A stretch of 64,000 bases of DNA. Source: a virus. Taxonomy: Duplodnaviria > Caudoviricetes. A program made the position numbers and the translations under genes. Location: positions 1 through 64,000 of IMG/VR virus record IMGVR_UViG_3300035454_000688. One strand, 5' to 3'. This document shows, in pieces, positions 47,083-55,211 of the stretch (positions are counted from its first letter, which is position 1; the number at the start of each line of letters is the position of its first letter). The notes beneath the pieces were generated by a model, which searched no databases, was not told where the DNA came from, and saw only the letters and a program-made list of their open reading frames with translations.

Positions 47083-49244
47083 GAATGGATAACGAGACAA
47101 GAGACGCTATCAAGTCGAAGTTTCTTCTAGGAGGATCTGAAGACCAGGTCATTCCGAAGCAAGATCTTGTCCAGATGTCATCTTCGCTCACGTCGATCGA
47201 GACATCGTTCAATCAGATGAAGGCCTATACGGGCAACATTCTTCGTGTTCAAGCAGCTATGCAAAAGGCTGCTATTGTTAGTATGAAAAAGGCCAAGTCT
47301 CCAATGGAGGCTCTGCAGGCTTTAGAAGGCGGCAACGAGCCATCTAATAGTGATCAGCTCACAACTGTATTCCCTCAACTCACACAGGTTATAGAACAGC
47401 TTCATAAGAGTCTCAACAAGCTAGACTTGTCGGGCGAAGCAGACGCTCCTAGTGACAAGGCAATGTCGTCTGTTGCTGGAGCTGTTCCAGCTCAACCTGT
47501 TATAGAGGATCCTCAGCAAGAAGTCAAGGCAGAACAGAAGACAAAAGCGAAGACTGCTGTAAAGAAGCAGAACGAAAGAACTGAGGCAGCTCGTAAGCCT
47601 GCTAAGCCTACTTCTGAGATCGCCAAGAAGAGTAGCGAAAAGACTACCAAGCCTCAGGCTACTAATAGGGCAAAGACCGAGACCAGAGCAGAGAAGCAAC
47701 TGACTCAAGCTGCTACGAGAGCTGCTGGACGAGGCAATGTTGGAGTCACTGCGGCATCCAAGGCTCAGCCTACTGGAAACATGGCGGGGGCTGGCTGGAC
47801 TTCTAAGCTATCTGGCTTCATTGGTAAGTCGGTAACAAACGTCAAGTCTTCGATTGCTGACTTCCTTGCTAACATAGGATCCATGCTCGGTATTGGTGGA
47901 GCTGCAGCTGTTGGCGGCGCTGCTGGTTATGCAGCTGGAAGTTTGTCTGCACCAGACGAAGGTGGATCTGCTCCTACTGGCGGCAAAGCTGGAGATATGG
48001 AAGCAGCTATCAACAAGGCTGGCATCAAAGACAACACCACCAAAGCTCAGATCATGGCGCAGACTGCGCACGAGTCTGGCAACTTCAAATACACCCAAGA
48101 GCTCGGCAACGCAAAGTATTTTGAAAAGTACAACGGCAGGAGAGATCTTGGCAACACCCAGCCAGGTGACGGTCCTAAGTATAGGGGTCGTGGCTTCCTA
48201 CAGGTCACGGGTAGAGCCAACTATGCAGAGATGTCGAAGCTGCTTGGGGTCGACTTTGTCAACAATCCAGAAGCACTTGCACAACCAAAATACGCAGCTG
48301 CATCTGCAATAGCATGGTTCCAGAAGAGATGGGGTCGATTCAAGAACTGGGGTGACACGAAGGCAGTTACAAAGGTCGTCAACGGCGGCTATAACGGTCT
48401 AGCAGACCGTTCATCAAAGTTTGCTCAATACTCTAAGCTCTATGGTAGCGGTGGCTCAGCAGGTGCTGCAAGCGCTCCTGGGGGTGGCGGTGGTGGAGGC
48501 GGCCCTGCTGGTAGGATGGCTCCTGGTGGTGCTGGTTTTAACGACAACGTAAAGGCTGTCGGTGGTAACATTAAGCAATATGCTAATCTTGGATCCAACG
48601 TCAACTACGAGGGTCTAAAGCCTACCATGAAGCGTAGGTTCACGGCAATGGCTGCTGAACACTATCAGAAGACTGGTAAGAAACTTCAGATCAACTCTGC
48701 CCTTAGATCGAGAGCTGATCAGGAAAGAATGTGGAAGAAGTATGGTCCTAAGAGAGCAGCTCCTCCAGGCAGATCCCTTCATGAATCTGGTGTGGCAATC
48801 GATGTCAACACCCCTGACGTTCAACGTCTCCAGAAGTTAGGTCTTCTCAAGAAGTACGGTTTCTGGCTTCCATACTTCCCTAAAGAGACATGGCACCTTG
48901 AGCCTGTAGAAGGTTCGAGAGTCAAGGGTCAACCCGACAACCCTTACCAGCCTGGAGCCCCTATTGCTCAGAAGGAAAAGGGTAAGGAAGTTGTTCAGGA
49001 CTCATCGGGTAAGAACAAGCAGATCACAGCTCCTAAGAAGCAGGTTGGTCCTGTAGCTACTGGTATGGCTATTCAGAGGAAGGTCGGGGACAAGACTGTG
49101 ATTCAGAACCAATCGGGACCTATTGTAGTGGGTGGTGGTAGCAATCCTATGAGCTACCTGACTGGAATGAAACCTGCAAAGGGTGCAACCCAGTATAACG
49201 TCAACACAGCTGACGATTACAAGATCTACTTCAACGCAGCATAA
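47079..49244 (+). CDS. hub/tape-measure-associated lysin with GH19 and M15 peptidase domains
   Basis: AQTAHESGNF...YRGRGFLQVTGRANY...VNGGYNGL (GH19); INSALRS...PPGRSLHESGVAIDV...ETWHLE (M15/VanY-like). Confidence 0.85.
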   Translation: MRMDNETRDAIKSKFLLGGSEDQVIPKQDLVQMSSSLTSIETSFNQMKAYTGNILRVQAAMQKAAIVSMKKAKSPMEALQALEGGNEPSNSDQLTTVFPQLTQVIEQLHKSLNKLDLSGEADAPSDKAMSSVAGAVPAQPVIEDPQQEVKAEQKTKAKTAVKKQNERTEAARKPAKPTSEIAKKSSEKTTKPQATNRAKTETRAEKQLTQAATRAAGRGNVGVTAASKAQPTGNMAGAGWTSKLSGFIGKSVTNVKSSIADFLANIGSMLGIGGAAAVGGAAGYAAGSLSAPDEGGSAPTGGKAGDMEAAINKAGIKDNTTKAQIMAQTAHESGNFKYTQELGNAKYFEKYNGRRDLGNTQPGDGPKYRGRGFLQVTGRANYAEMSKLLGVDFVNNPEALAQPKYAAASAIAWFQKRWGRFKNWGDTKAVTKVVNGGYNGLADRSSKFAQYSKLYGSGGSAGAASAPGGGGGGGGPAGRMAPGGAGFNDNVKAVGGNIKQYANLGSNVNYEGLKPTMKRRFTAMAAEHYQKTGKKLQINSALRSRADQERMWKKYGPKRAAPPGRSLHESGVAIDVNTPDVQRLQKLGLLKKYGFWLPYFPKETWHLEPVEGSRVKGQPDNPYQPGAPIAQKEKGKEVVQDSSGKNKQITAPKKQVGPVATGMAIQRKVGDKTVIQNQSGPIVVGGGSNPMSYLTGMKPAKGATQYNVNTADDYKIYFNAA

Positions 49245-49270
49245 AAAAGGGGGACCGAAGCCCCCCTTTT
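49243..49270. terminator. bidirectional intrinsic terminator with C(UUCG)G loop
   Basis: minus strand GGGGGGC-TTCG-GTCCCCC-TTTTTT between convergent genes; T4 tract on plus. Confidence 0.85.
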
Positions 49271-49272
49271 CC

Positions 49273-50178
49273 TTAGTCGTCGTCTGCTAGAGACTTGAAG
49301 AAGTCTAGCCCGATGTCGTCATCGTCATCGTCGACTGCCTGTGGCATAGGCTTCGGCTCTGCTGCCTTGAAGGGCGGAGGAGCTGCAAACCCATGATCGA
49401 GTTCTGGCTTATACGATTGCGATTCGCTAACTCCACCGACACCAAGAACCTTATTCAGACGAGCATTGAGCTCCTCATAGGTCTTGAAGTTCTTAGGATC
49501 CACGATTTCAGCAAGCGAGTACTGTGACTGCCAGATGCGCTCGAGAGCGTCATCATCGTTAAGCAGAGGTGCTGCTTCCGAGAATTCAGACTTATCGTAG
49601 TTACGATAGCCCTCGACCTTACGAATCTTGAGCTTGAAGTCAGCTCCAGTCCATAGGTCAAAAGGATTGACAGGCTTCTCGTCCTCGAACTGAGGATTCA
49701 TCATGTCGTTAATCTTGTCGAAGATCTTCTTACCGTACTTAAACAGGAAGACTTTACCTTCGTTCTCGGGGTTGGCAGGATCCTTGACAACATAGATGTT
49801 CGAGAAGAAGGTCAGCTGACGCTTCTGCTTACGAACTGTTTCCTTATCAGAATCGATGCCAGAATTCCAGAGCTTGGAATTCATCTCGCCAACGGGATCG
49901 GGCTTGCCGATTGTCGACAGAGAATTTTCGATATACCATCCACCTGGTCCTTGGAAGCCATGCGACCACATACGAACAAAGGGCATATCCTCACCAGCGC
50001 AAGCAGGAAGGAAGCGAATGACAGCATAACCATTGCCAGCCTTATCAGCTTGAATGGACCAGAGGCGGTCGTCTTTGTTAGAATTAGAGGCTGGCTTGTT
50101 GAGCTTCTCGAGCTCATTAGTAAGACGATCCAGGTTTGATCCAGCGGAACGCTTAAGGTCTGCGAATGAACTAGTCAT
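49273..50178 (-). CDS. gp32: single-stranded DNA-binding protein gp32
   Basis: DKAGNGYAVIRFLP; WSHGFQGPGGWYIENSLST; FKYGKKIFDKI; NYDKSEF; acidic tail; start MTSSF after GGAG. Confidence 0.95.
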   Translation of the reverse strand: MTSSFADLKRSAGSNLDRLTNELEKLNKPASNSNKDDRLWSIQADKAGNGYAVIRFLPACAGEDMPFVRMWSHGFQGPGGWYIENSLSTIGKPDPVGEMNSKLWNSGIDSDKETVRKQKRQLTFFSNIYVVKDPANPENEGKVFLFKYGKKIFDKINDMMNPQFEDEKPVNPFDLWTGADFKLKIRKVEGYRNYDKSEFSEAAPLLNDDDALERIWQSQYSLAEIVDPKNFKTYEELNARLNKVLGVGGVSESQSYKPELDHGFAAPPPFKAAEPKPMPQAVDDDDDDIGLDFFKSLADDD

Positions 50179-50255
50179 GTATTTCTCCATATGATTTACG
50201 TATTGTTGTGTGTTTTCTTATCCACAGTATTCATTATATACAACTACTTATATAA

Positions 50256-50483
50256 TTACAACGGTAGTTTCGCTGTCTTAGGCAGAAGATTTAGATCTTC
50301 CCCTTCGTTTTGAATAATGGCTCTGAACTTACCATTACTCTTGATAATGGCTGCGGCGGTCTCTATCTCGAGATTGTTCTTCTCGCAATAGTGGACCACC
50401 GCATCCATATAGTCAGTCCTGAGCTCACACACGAGTGCTTCAATGTCTGCATAAAAATTAAGTGGTGTTAGCTTTTGGATCAT
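50256..50483 (-). CDS. gp33: late-promoter transcription coactivator gp33
   Basis: DYMDAVVHYCEKNNLEIETAAAII...LNLLPKTAKLPL; adjacent to gp32. Confidence 0.8.
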   Translation of the reverse strand: MIQKLTPLNFYADIEALVCELRTDYMDAVVHYCEKNNLEIETAAAIIKSNGKFRAIIQNEGEDLNLLPKTAKLPL

Positions 50484-50491
50484 GATTAAGT

Positions 50492-51070
50492 TTATCCTCT
50501 GTAGAAAATATGCGCACCAATCTTTGTGGTACGATCAAAAACTCTGCCCCACGATGGACTCACATAGTCTGCGTGGTAGAACTTAGCACCCTTGGTGACA
50601 TCACCATAGTTACCTATGTATACGTTCTCTGCGATCTGCTTGGCCTTACGAAAGGCAGCTTGATCTCGAATTTGTTTTCCTCCCTCACACTTCCATGAAA
50701 ACTGGCATACGCGCTTGGTTCTCTGATTGATCACCCCACATGGTGTGCTTGGGAAACGTTTATCATTAGCACGGTTCATTACTACATTGTTCACTGCGAT
50801 CCGTCCCTTGATAGGTTCGTGACCGGCTTCAAAGTATGTATTTGTAGCCATGCATTGTATTTGTTGTTTATCGTGCTTGCTTAGATAAACTGGTTCTTTG
50901 ACAATGACTTCTTTCTCTACTACCTGTATCTGTGGAACCTTTACAATCTTAACTTCTGGTTCCTTATTAGGGGTTGCTAGTGCAACTCCCGTGACAGCAA
51001 TGCATCCAATAAGGAAGCCTTCTGCCCAGCGTAGGTAGGGAAAGTCTTTTCTGTTTATGAACAGTTTCAT
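50492..51070 (-). CDS. SleB-like cell wall hydrolase with N-terminal hydrophobic anchor
   Basis: CMATNTYFEA...GRIAVNNVVMNR...CQFSW...GAKFYHADYVSPSW...IGAHIFY. Confidence 0.88.
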   Translation of the reverse strand: MKLFINRKDFPYLRWAEGFLIGCIAVTGVALATPNKEPEVKIVKVPQIQVVEKEVIVKEPVYLSKHDKQQIQCMATNTYFEAGHEPIKGRIAVNNVVMNRANDKRFPSTPCGVINQRTKRVCQFSWKCEGGKQIRDQAAFRKAKQIAENVYIGNYGDVTKGAKFYHADYVSPSWGRVFDRTTKIGAHIFYRG

Positions 51071-51326
51071 TTGTACCTCTTAGGTCAAATGACTTTGGCA
51101 GATAGTGACAGCTTTAGAGGAGTGTCTCAACCCCAACTGTGATTATCGCTATGAGAAGATACAAAATGTAATACCGAAGGTATCTTCCATCCATCCCTCT
51201 CTTACTAGGAATGCAAAATCATTATTGTTTCGTCGGTGGTATCTGGATGATACCGCTCTCTAGCCAACTTTGACTTGAAGCTATTGTAAGAGTCAATGGA
51301 GGGTGTCAGCCTCCTCAGTAACCTAA
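51071..51326 (-). ncRNA. candidate structured RNA / long leader upstream of hydrolase
   Basis: ORF-free 256 nt with several hairpins and nested long-range complementarity, directly behind a late promoter. Confidence 0.4.
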
Positions 51327-51334
51327 TATTTATA
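51327..51334 (-). promoter_or_regulatory. T4 late promoter TATAAATA
   Basis: exact consensus at 51334-51327. Confidence 0.7.
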
Positions 51335-51384
51335 TGAATTGGTATACTGATATAATCCATTCACCGTACTATATGCACGGTTGA

Positions 51385-51722
51385 TCTTGTGGGGGATTCT
51401 GTTGCTAGGCTCCCCCAGGCCCCGAAAAATCATGCAGCTAGTGCAAGACCTTCATATGCGTTGTTATCGTTTGCATTTACGTTTTGTGGCACTTTGCCAA
51501 TCAATCAGTCTCGAACCGCCCTATTACACGTGTATCGATTCCCAGTAACACCCCCATCATAGATACACTAGATATAAACAGTGTTGGCGCACTATCGTTC
51601 GCTACCCGCCAAGGTAACCGATCCGCCTGTTGGGCTAAGACCGTCCAGTGTATCTATGGTGGAGGTGGGGGGATTCGAACCCCCGTCTACTCCGCTTTTA
51701 TTGTTGATTGTCAACAACTGAT
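51385..51722 (-). ncRNA. ssrA: permuted (two-piece) tmRNA
   Basis: acceptor piece with T-arm GGGGGTTCGAATCCCCC and CACCTCC-A-CCA end (51657) lies upstream of the coding piece starting GGGGGTG (51555); G3:U wobble; tag ANDNNAYEGLALAA-TGA at 51474-51430; outer ends approximate. Confidence 0.92.
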
Positions 51723-51726
51723 ATTC

Positions 51727-51757
51727 TATTTATAGTCTACTTTGCTTTAGAAGTCAA
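51727..51757 (-). promoter_or_regulatory. dual sigma70 + late promoter of tmRNA
   Basis: TTGACT(51757-52)-17 bp-TATAAA, with the -10 embedded in TATAAATA (51734-27). Confidence 0.75.
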
Positions 51758-51761
51758 CAGC

Positions 51762-52865
51762 TTATTCGTAGTCTCGTACAGTTTTAAATTTAGGAAAGCG
51801 GGGAATTCTATCGGGAGTGTAGTTCTGGAAGACTACTGTGCCCTTCTTTCCAATGTGCTCATCCTTGTCTGCTAGAAGCTGCTTACAATAAGCAACATTC
51901 CCGATAAGACCAGCAGAGAAGGTCCGATCTTCGCCGAGAGCGAGTACAACGCGCGCGGCCATACCAGCTCGGTTCCCATCCCCCTCTTGAATGTCGACAA
52001 TAGTGAATTCTTCATCCTGAAACTCTTTCCACTTGATCAGCGTATTCGAACGCTTGTTCTCATACTTGCCCTCAGTACGAACCATCGCACCTTCGTAACC
52101 AGCTTCAATGTACTCTGCAGCGATCTTATCAACATCTTCTGCAAAGGTATCGAGAGTTGGTGTGATAACGATGCTATTCTTTACATCAAGATCGATATCG
52201 ATCATGTTCTGCAAGACCCGTGTGCGCTGACCAAAGTCTGCACTGTGGGAAGGAAGGTCGTATACCCAATACTGCAGCTTCTCACGTGAGACAGCAAGGT
52301 CTTCTTCGGAAGGCTTCTGCTTCTTTGCAGCAGACACGATCTGGTTGAAGTCATCCTTCAGATCGTGGTTGTACAGCTCACCATCGATGATCGTGTCTGG
52401 ATACTTATCGAAGATAGGCTTGAGCAACTCAAAGATATGAGGAGCACCGTGGATCGGCTTACCTTCCCGTGACCACAGACCATCAGCCTTGGCAATGCAA
52501 CGCATACCATCGAGCTTAGGCTGCATGAAAACCCGACCAGAGACCTTGTCCTTGCGATCAGCCCACTTCGAAGCCAGCATAGGCTTGAAGCGCATAGCCT
52601 CATCAATGCGGTCTAAGGACATGTGGTAGTCACGAGCGAGCTTCTTCTCATACTCTGCTTCTACCTCGAGCGTAGCCTGCTGCTCTGCAGTCGTAGCGTT
52701 GGCACGACCTTCGTTCTTAGGCTTAGCAACAGTCCACTCGGTCGTGGTCTTCTTGCCATCCTGCTGACCAGAGGTCGTACGATAGCTATCACCATCAACC
52801 TCTGCAAACCAGATCTGGACCTTACCAGCCGAAGTGCGCTTATACAATGTAGGAAAAACAGTCAT
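51762..52865 (-). CDS. gp30: ATP-dependent DNA ligase
   Basis: motif I QPKLDGMR, IIDGELY, YWVYDL, YEGAMVR, KWKEFQDEEF, PRFPKF. Confidence 0.92.
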   Translation of the reverse strand: MTVFPTLYKRTSAGKVQIWFAEVDGDSYRTTSGQQDGKKTTTEWTVAKPKNEGRANATTAEQQATLEVEAEYEKKLARDYHMSLDRIDEAMRFKPMLASKWADRKDKVSGRVFMQPKLDGMRCIAKADGLWSREGKPIHGAPHIFELLKPIFDKYPDTIIDGELYNHDLKDDFNQIVSAAKKQKPSEEDLAVSREKLQYWVYDLPSHSADFGQRTRVLQNMIDIDLDVKNSIVITPTLDTFAEDVDKIAAEYIEAGYEGAMVRTEGKYENKRSNTLIKWKEFQDEEFTIVDIQEGDGNRAGMAARVVLALGEDRTFSAGLIGNVAYCKQLLADKDEHIGKKGTVVFQNYTPDRIPRFPKFKTVRDYE

Positions 52866-53257
52866 TAAAATTCACCAAAGATCACTTGCTTGATGGATCC
52901 GAACTTGAGGTCGAATACCCACTCAAGACGCTCGGTGCCGTAGAACTTGTAAAAGTCAAGCTCGCCTTCTGCATCGGCGATGATCTCTACAGCCCGCTGC
53001 TGATCGCAGTTGCAGAGCTCCATGGTTTCGAGAACGCGCTGGGCGAACTTTTCCATGTTTACATCTTGACGAGTCTTCTCTTCGTCGTTCTGCTCTGTGA
53101 GCTTGCCTACTAGACGCTCGAATTCAGCATCGAAGTCTTCAATAGATTCGAAGGTGACGCCCCGTGGACGGAAGCCATACACATCCTTGTGCAGGTCCGA
53201 AAAGACGTCACCATCGCGCGAGTCGGTTGCTGTGTTGATTTCTGAAAGCGTAATCAT
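52865..53257 (-). CDS. hypothetical early protein
   Basis: SDLHKDVYGFRPR motif; start refined to ATG 53257 after AAAAGGAA. Confidence 0.65.
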   Translation of the reverse strand: MITLSEINTATDSRDGDVFSDLHKDVYGFRPRGVTFESIEDFDAEFERLVGKLTEQNDEEKTRQDVNMEKFAQRVLETMELCNCDQQRAVEIIADAEGELDFYKFYGTERLEWVFDLKFGSIKQVIFGEF

Positions 53258-53289
53258 AATCAAATTCCTTTTTCTTCACTCTATATCTC

Positions 53290-53321
53290 CTTATAGAGTT
53301 ATTTTCAGAAAAAGTCAACAG
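53290..53321 (-). promoter_or_regulatory. early promoter family copy 1
   Basis: CTG-TTGACT-17-TATAAG, spacer TTTTCTGAAAA. Confidence 0.75.
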
Positions 53322-53326
53322 TTATT

Positions 53327-53764
53327 TTAGTTACACCAAGATTGTTTCGCGTCACCAAAATATGCACGTGCAAAACCATTCTTGATCAGCAGGTCCCGGA
53401 GGCTCATACCATCAAGGATCAGGTCACCGAGAACACGACCACCGAACTTATCCCAACTGTACAGGACAACCTGATGCTTCTTTGTGGCTTTGATCACGTC
53501 CTTCGTGAAAGTAGAAGCCTGTTCGCCACGTGCTTTCTCGCTGTCACACTTACCACGGAAGCTCTTCTCAGGAGTATCGACACCATAGATTCTCACTGCG
53601 ATCTCTGGCTTGAGAGGAGCAGGAAGGTATGGAGCAGCAATGACAACGGTGTCGCCGTCAGATGCTCGAACAATGGTAGCATCATATGTGACGCCTACAG
53701 GAGTCTTCTGAGCGAGTACAGGGGTTGCCATCATCATGAGGGCGAGTGCGATATAACTTTTCAT
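53327..53764 (-). CDS. thermonuclease (SNase-like) with signal peptide
   Basis: SDGDTV, VRIYGVDTPE, DKFGGRVLG, LIKNGFARAY. Confidence 0.88.
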   Translation of the reverse strand: MKSYIALALMMMATPVLAQKTPVGVTYDATIVRASDGDTVVIAAPYLPAPLKPEIAVRIYGVDTPEKSFRGKCDSEKARGEQASTFTKDVIKATKKHQVVLYSWDKFGGRVLGDLILDGMSLRDLLIKNGFARAYFGDAKQSWCN

Positions 53765-53777
53765 TTTGTTTCCTTAA

Positions 53778-54092
53778 TTAACGGCAGCGGTATTCGTAAT
53801 AGACATACTTGCGGCCATAGCGATATTCGACAGTCTGCTCTTGGAAGCAGACCTTACGTGGACGGTAGTTATCGCGATCGCGGTAACGTGGTTCGTAGTA
53901 GTCATCTTCTCTACGTTGGCGATCCCGATCAGCTGATGACACTGCCGCTCCGACAACAACACCAACGATTAGACCACCAATGAAGTTGCCTACTTTGTCA
54001 CTGCGGCGATTCTCGTCTCTGTGACGTGCCTCTGCAGCAACAGGAGTTGCAAGCATTGTAATGGCTGCTAAAGCTGTTAGAAACTTTCTCAT
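53778..54092 (-). CDS. secreted glycine-zipper small protein
   Basis: MRKFLTALAAITMLATPVAAEA signal peptide, GGLIVGVVVGAAV, Arg/Tyr-rich tail; start refined to 54092 (ATGA overlap). Confidence 0.65.
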   Translation of the reverse strand: MRKFLTALAAITMLATPVAAEARHRDENRRSDKVGNFIGGLIVGVVVGAAVSSADRDRQRREDDYYEPRYRDRDNYRPRKVCFQEQTVEYRYGRKYVYYEYRCR

Positions 54093-54268
54093 TCTTCTAC
54101 CTCCACGTCTTCGTAAGCAATTGTCACAGTTGTCTCGGAGCCAAAGATGCACTGAGCCAACCGCTTGATCTCTTTCATGTCGGTTGTATTGACCCTGATG
54201 AATCCATATTCCTCAGGAGCATGGTCGTACGTGAAAGGGATCAGATACTGACGCTTTATGTTCATCAT
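54089..54268 (-). CDS. small hypothetical protein (59 aa, below ORF-track cutoff)
   Basis: MMNIKRQYLIPFTYDH...EVEE; abuts the upstream stop and overlaps the downstream start. Confidence 0.55.
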   Translation of the reverse strand: MMNIKRQYLIPFTYDHAPEEYGFIRVNTTDMKEIKRLAQCIFGSETTVTIAYEDVEVEE

Positions 54269-54505
54269 TTATTTATCTTTAGCTGCTTCCTCGCGCTTCC
54301 TGCGCTTACGATCACCGAGCCAGAAGAGTCCGGCGAACGGTCCGACTACAATTGCTAAAGCTAGCAGAAGCGGCCAGATAAGAGATCCAATCGCAATACA
54401 CCAGAATAGATTAAGCTTTTGATCTTCGTCCCAATCGAGCATACCCACCCTATACGAACCAATTGCGATAATCAAAAGGGCAACAATCAACCATAACCAA
54501 AACAT
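54269..54505 (-). CDS. small two-TM membrane protein (paralog A)
   Basis: IWPLLLALAIVVGPFAGLFWLGDRK. Confidence 0.7.
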   Translation of the reverse strand: MFWLWLIVALLIIAIGSYRVGMLDWDEDQKLNLFWCIAIGSLIWPLLLALAIVVGPFAGLFWLGDRKRRKREEAAKDK

Positions 54506-54506
54506 A

Positions 54507-54752
54507 TTACTTCTCCCCTTTCTCGTATACTACCAAGCCATCGAACTTGTAGTTAAAAATGTCATACCATTTAAAATTGTCGTAGCTAGGATTGATAGCG
54601 GGGTATGTCACCGAGAGATCTCCTGCCACCCGCGCTTCGAAGACGCGCTCAACTTGTGCCAGCATAAACTGTCCATAGTAGTGCAAACGAATAATGTTCG
54701 CAATGCATACAGTTAAACCTAGTACATATGCACCAACCAAAAATTCAGTCAT
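54507..54752 (-). CDS. small membrane-anchored protein
   Basis: N-terminal hydrophobic helix; translationally coupled. Confidence 0.6.
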   Translation of the reverse strand: MTEFLVGAYVLGLTVCIANIIRLHYYGQFMLAQVERVFEARVAGDLSVTYPAINPSYDNFKWYDIFNYKFDGLVVYEKGEK

Positions 54753-54753
54753 A

Positions 54754-54966
54754 TTACTTCTCCTTCAACTTAGAACGTTTACCTAGATATACCATACCTG
54801 CAAATGGCGAGACGAGAATTGCAAGAGCAAGAGCAAAAGGCCAGAATGCAACACAAGCGATTAAAACCGAACCGATTTCACGCTGGGTGTATACATCCGC
54901 TTGGCCATATCGATATCCAGCATACATACCAAAAACAATAATACCAATAATCCAAATTGTGCCCAT
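54754..54966 (-). CDS. small two-TM membrane protein (paralog B)
   Basis: FWPFALALAILVSPFAGMVYLGKRS. Confidence 0.7.
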   Translation of the reverse strand: MGTIWIIGIIVFGMYAGYRYGQADVYTQREIGSVLIACVAFWPFALALAILVSPFAGMVYLGKRSKLKEK

Positions 54967-54967
54967 C

Positions 54968-55210
54968 TCACTTCTCCTTATTAAAACGTTTACCGAGTTG
55001 GAACATGCCCAACACAGGTAAAGACAAAGGCCACGTTAAAGAAAATCCGACTGTGAGGAGCATATAACCAGCAGCCTTATTTTCATCAATCTGATGACCC
55101 ACTTCACCATACTTAGGTGCACGAAAGAACAACGACTTAGAGTTCATACCAGCATAGAAAGTCCTTGCTAGAACGAATACTATAGCACCATAAAACCAAA
55201 TTGTAAACAT
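54968..55210 (-). CDS. small two-TM membrane protein (paralog C)
   Basis: TWPLSLPVLGMFQLGKRF. Confidence 0.65.
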   Translation of the reverse strand: MFTIWFYGAIVFVLARTFYAGMNSKSLFFRAPKYGEVGHQIDENKAAGYMLLTVGFSLTWPLSLPVLGMFQLGKRFNKEK

Positions 55211-55211
55211 A

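Noticed and set aside
51120-51145. Cobalamin riboswitch suggested by CCCCAACTGT
   Set aside because: It is on the strand opposite the downstream gene and the other conserved elements are missing
51230-51320. Hammerhead ribozyme suggested by CTGAGGA and a later CGAAAC
   Set aside because: No stem II joining the two core strands and no stem I/III with a cleavage triplet could be built
51657-51690. tRNA gene suggested by the TTCGAATCC T-arm and CCA end
   Set aside because: No D-arm or anticodon arm upstream; the matching 5' acceptor strand lies downstream with a tag frame, so it is the tmRNA acceptor piece
51484-51735. 83-aa plus-strand ORF
   Set aside because: Antisense to the tmRNA gene; no coding signal
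53342-53983. 213-aa plus-strand ORF, and similar antisense ORFs (e.g. 9839..10294, 13687..14199, 34038..34478, 45090..45560, 56330..56803, 61228..61647)
   Set aside because: These are shadows of well-supported genes on the opposite strand, with no recognisable motifs or ribosome sites
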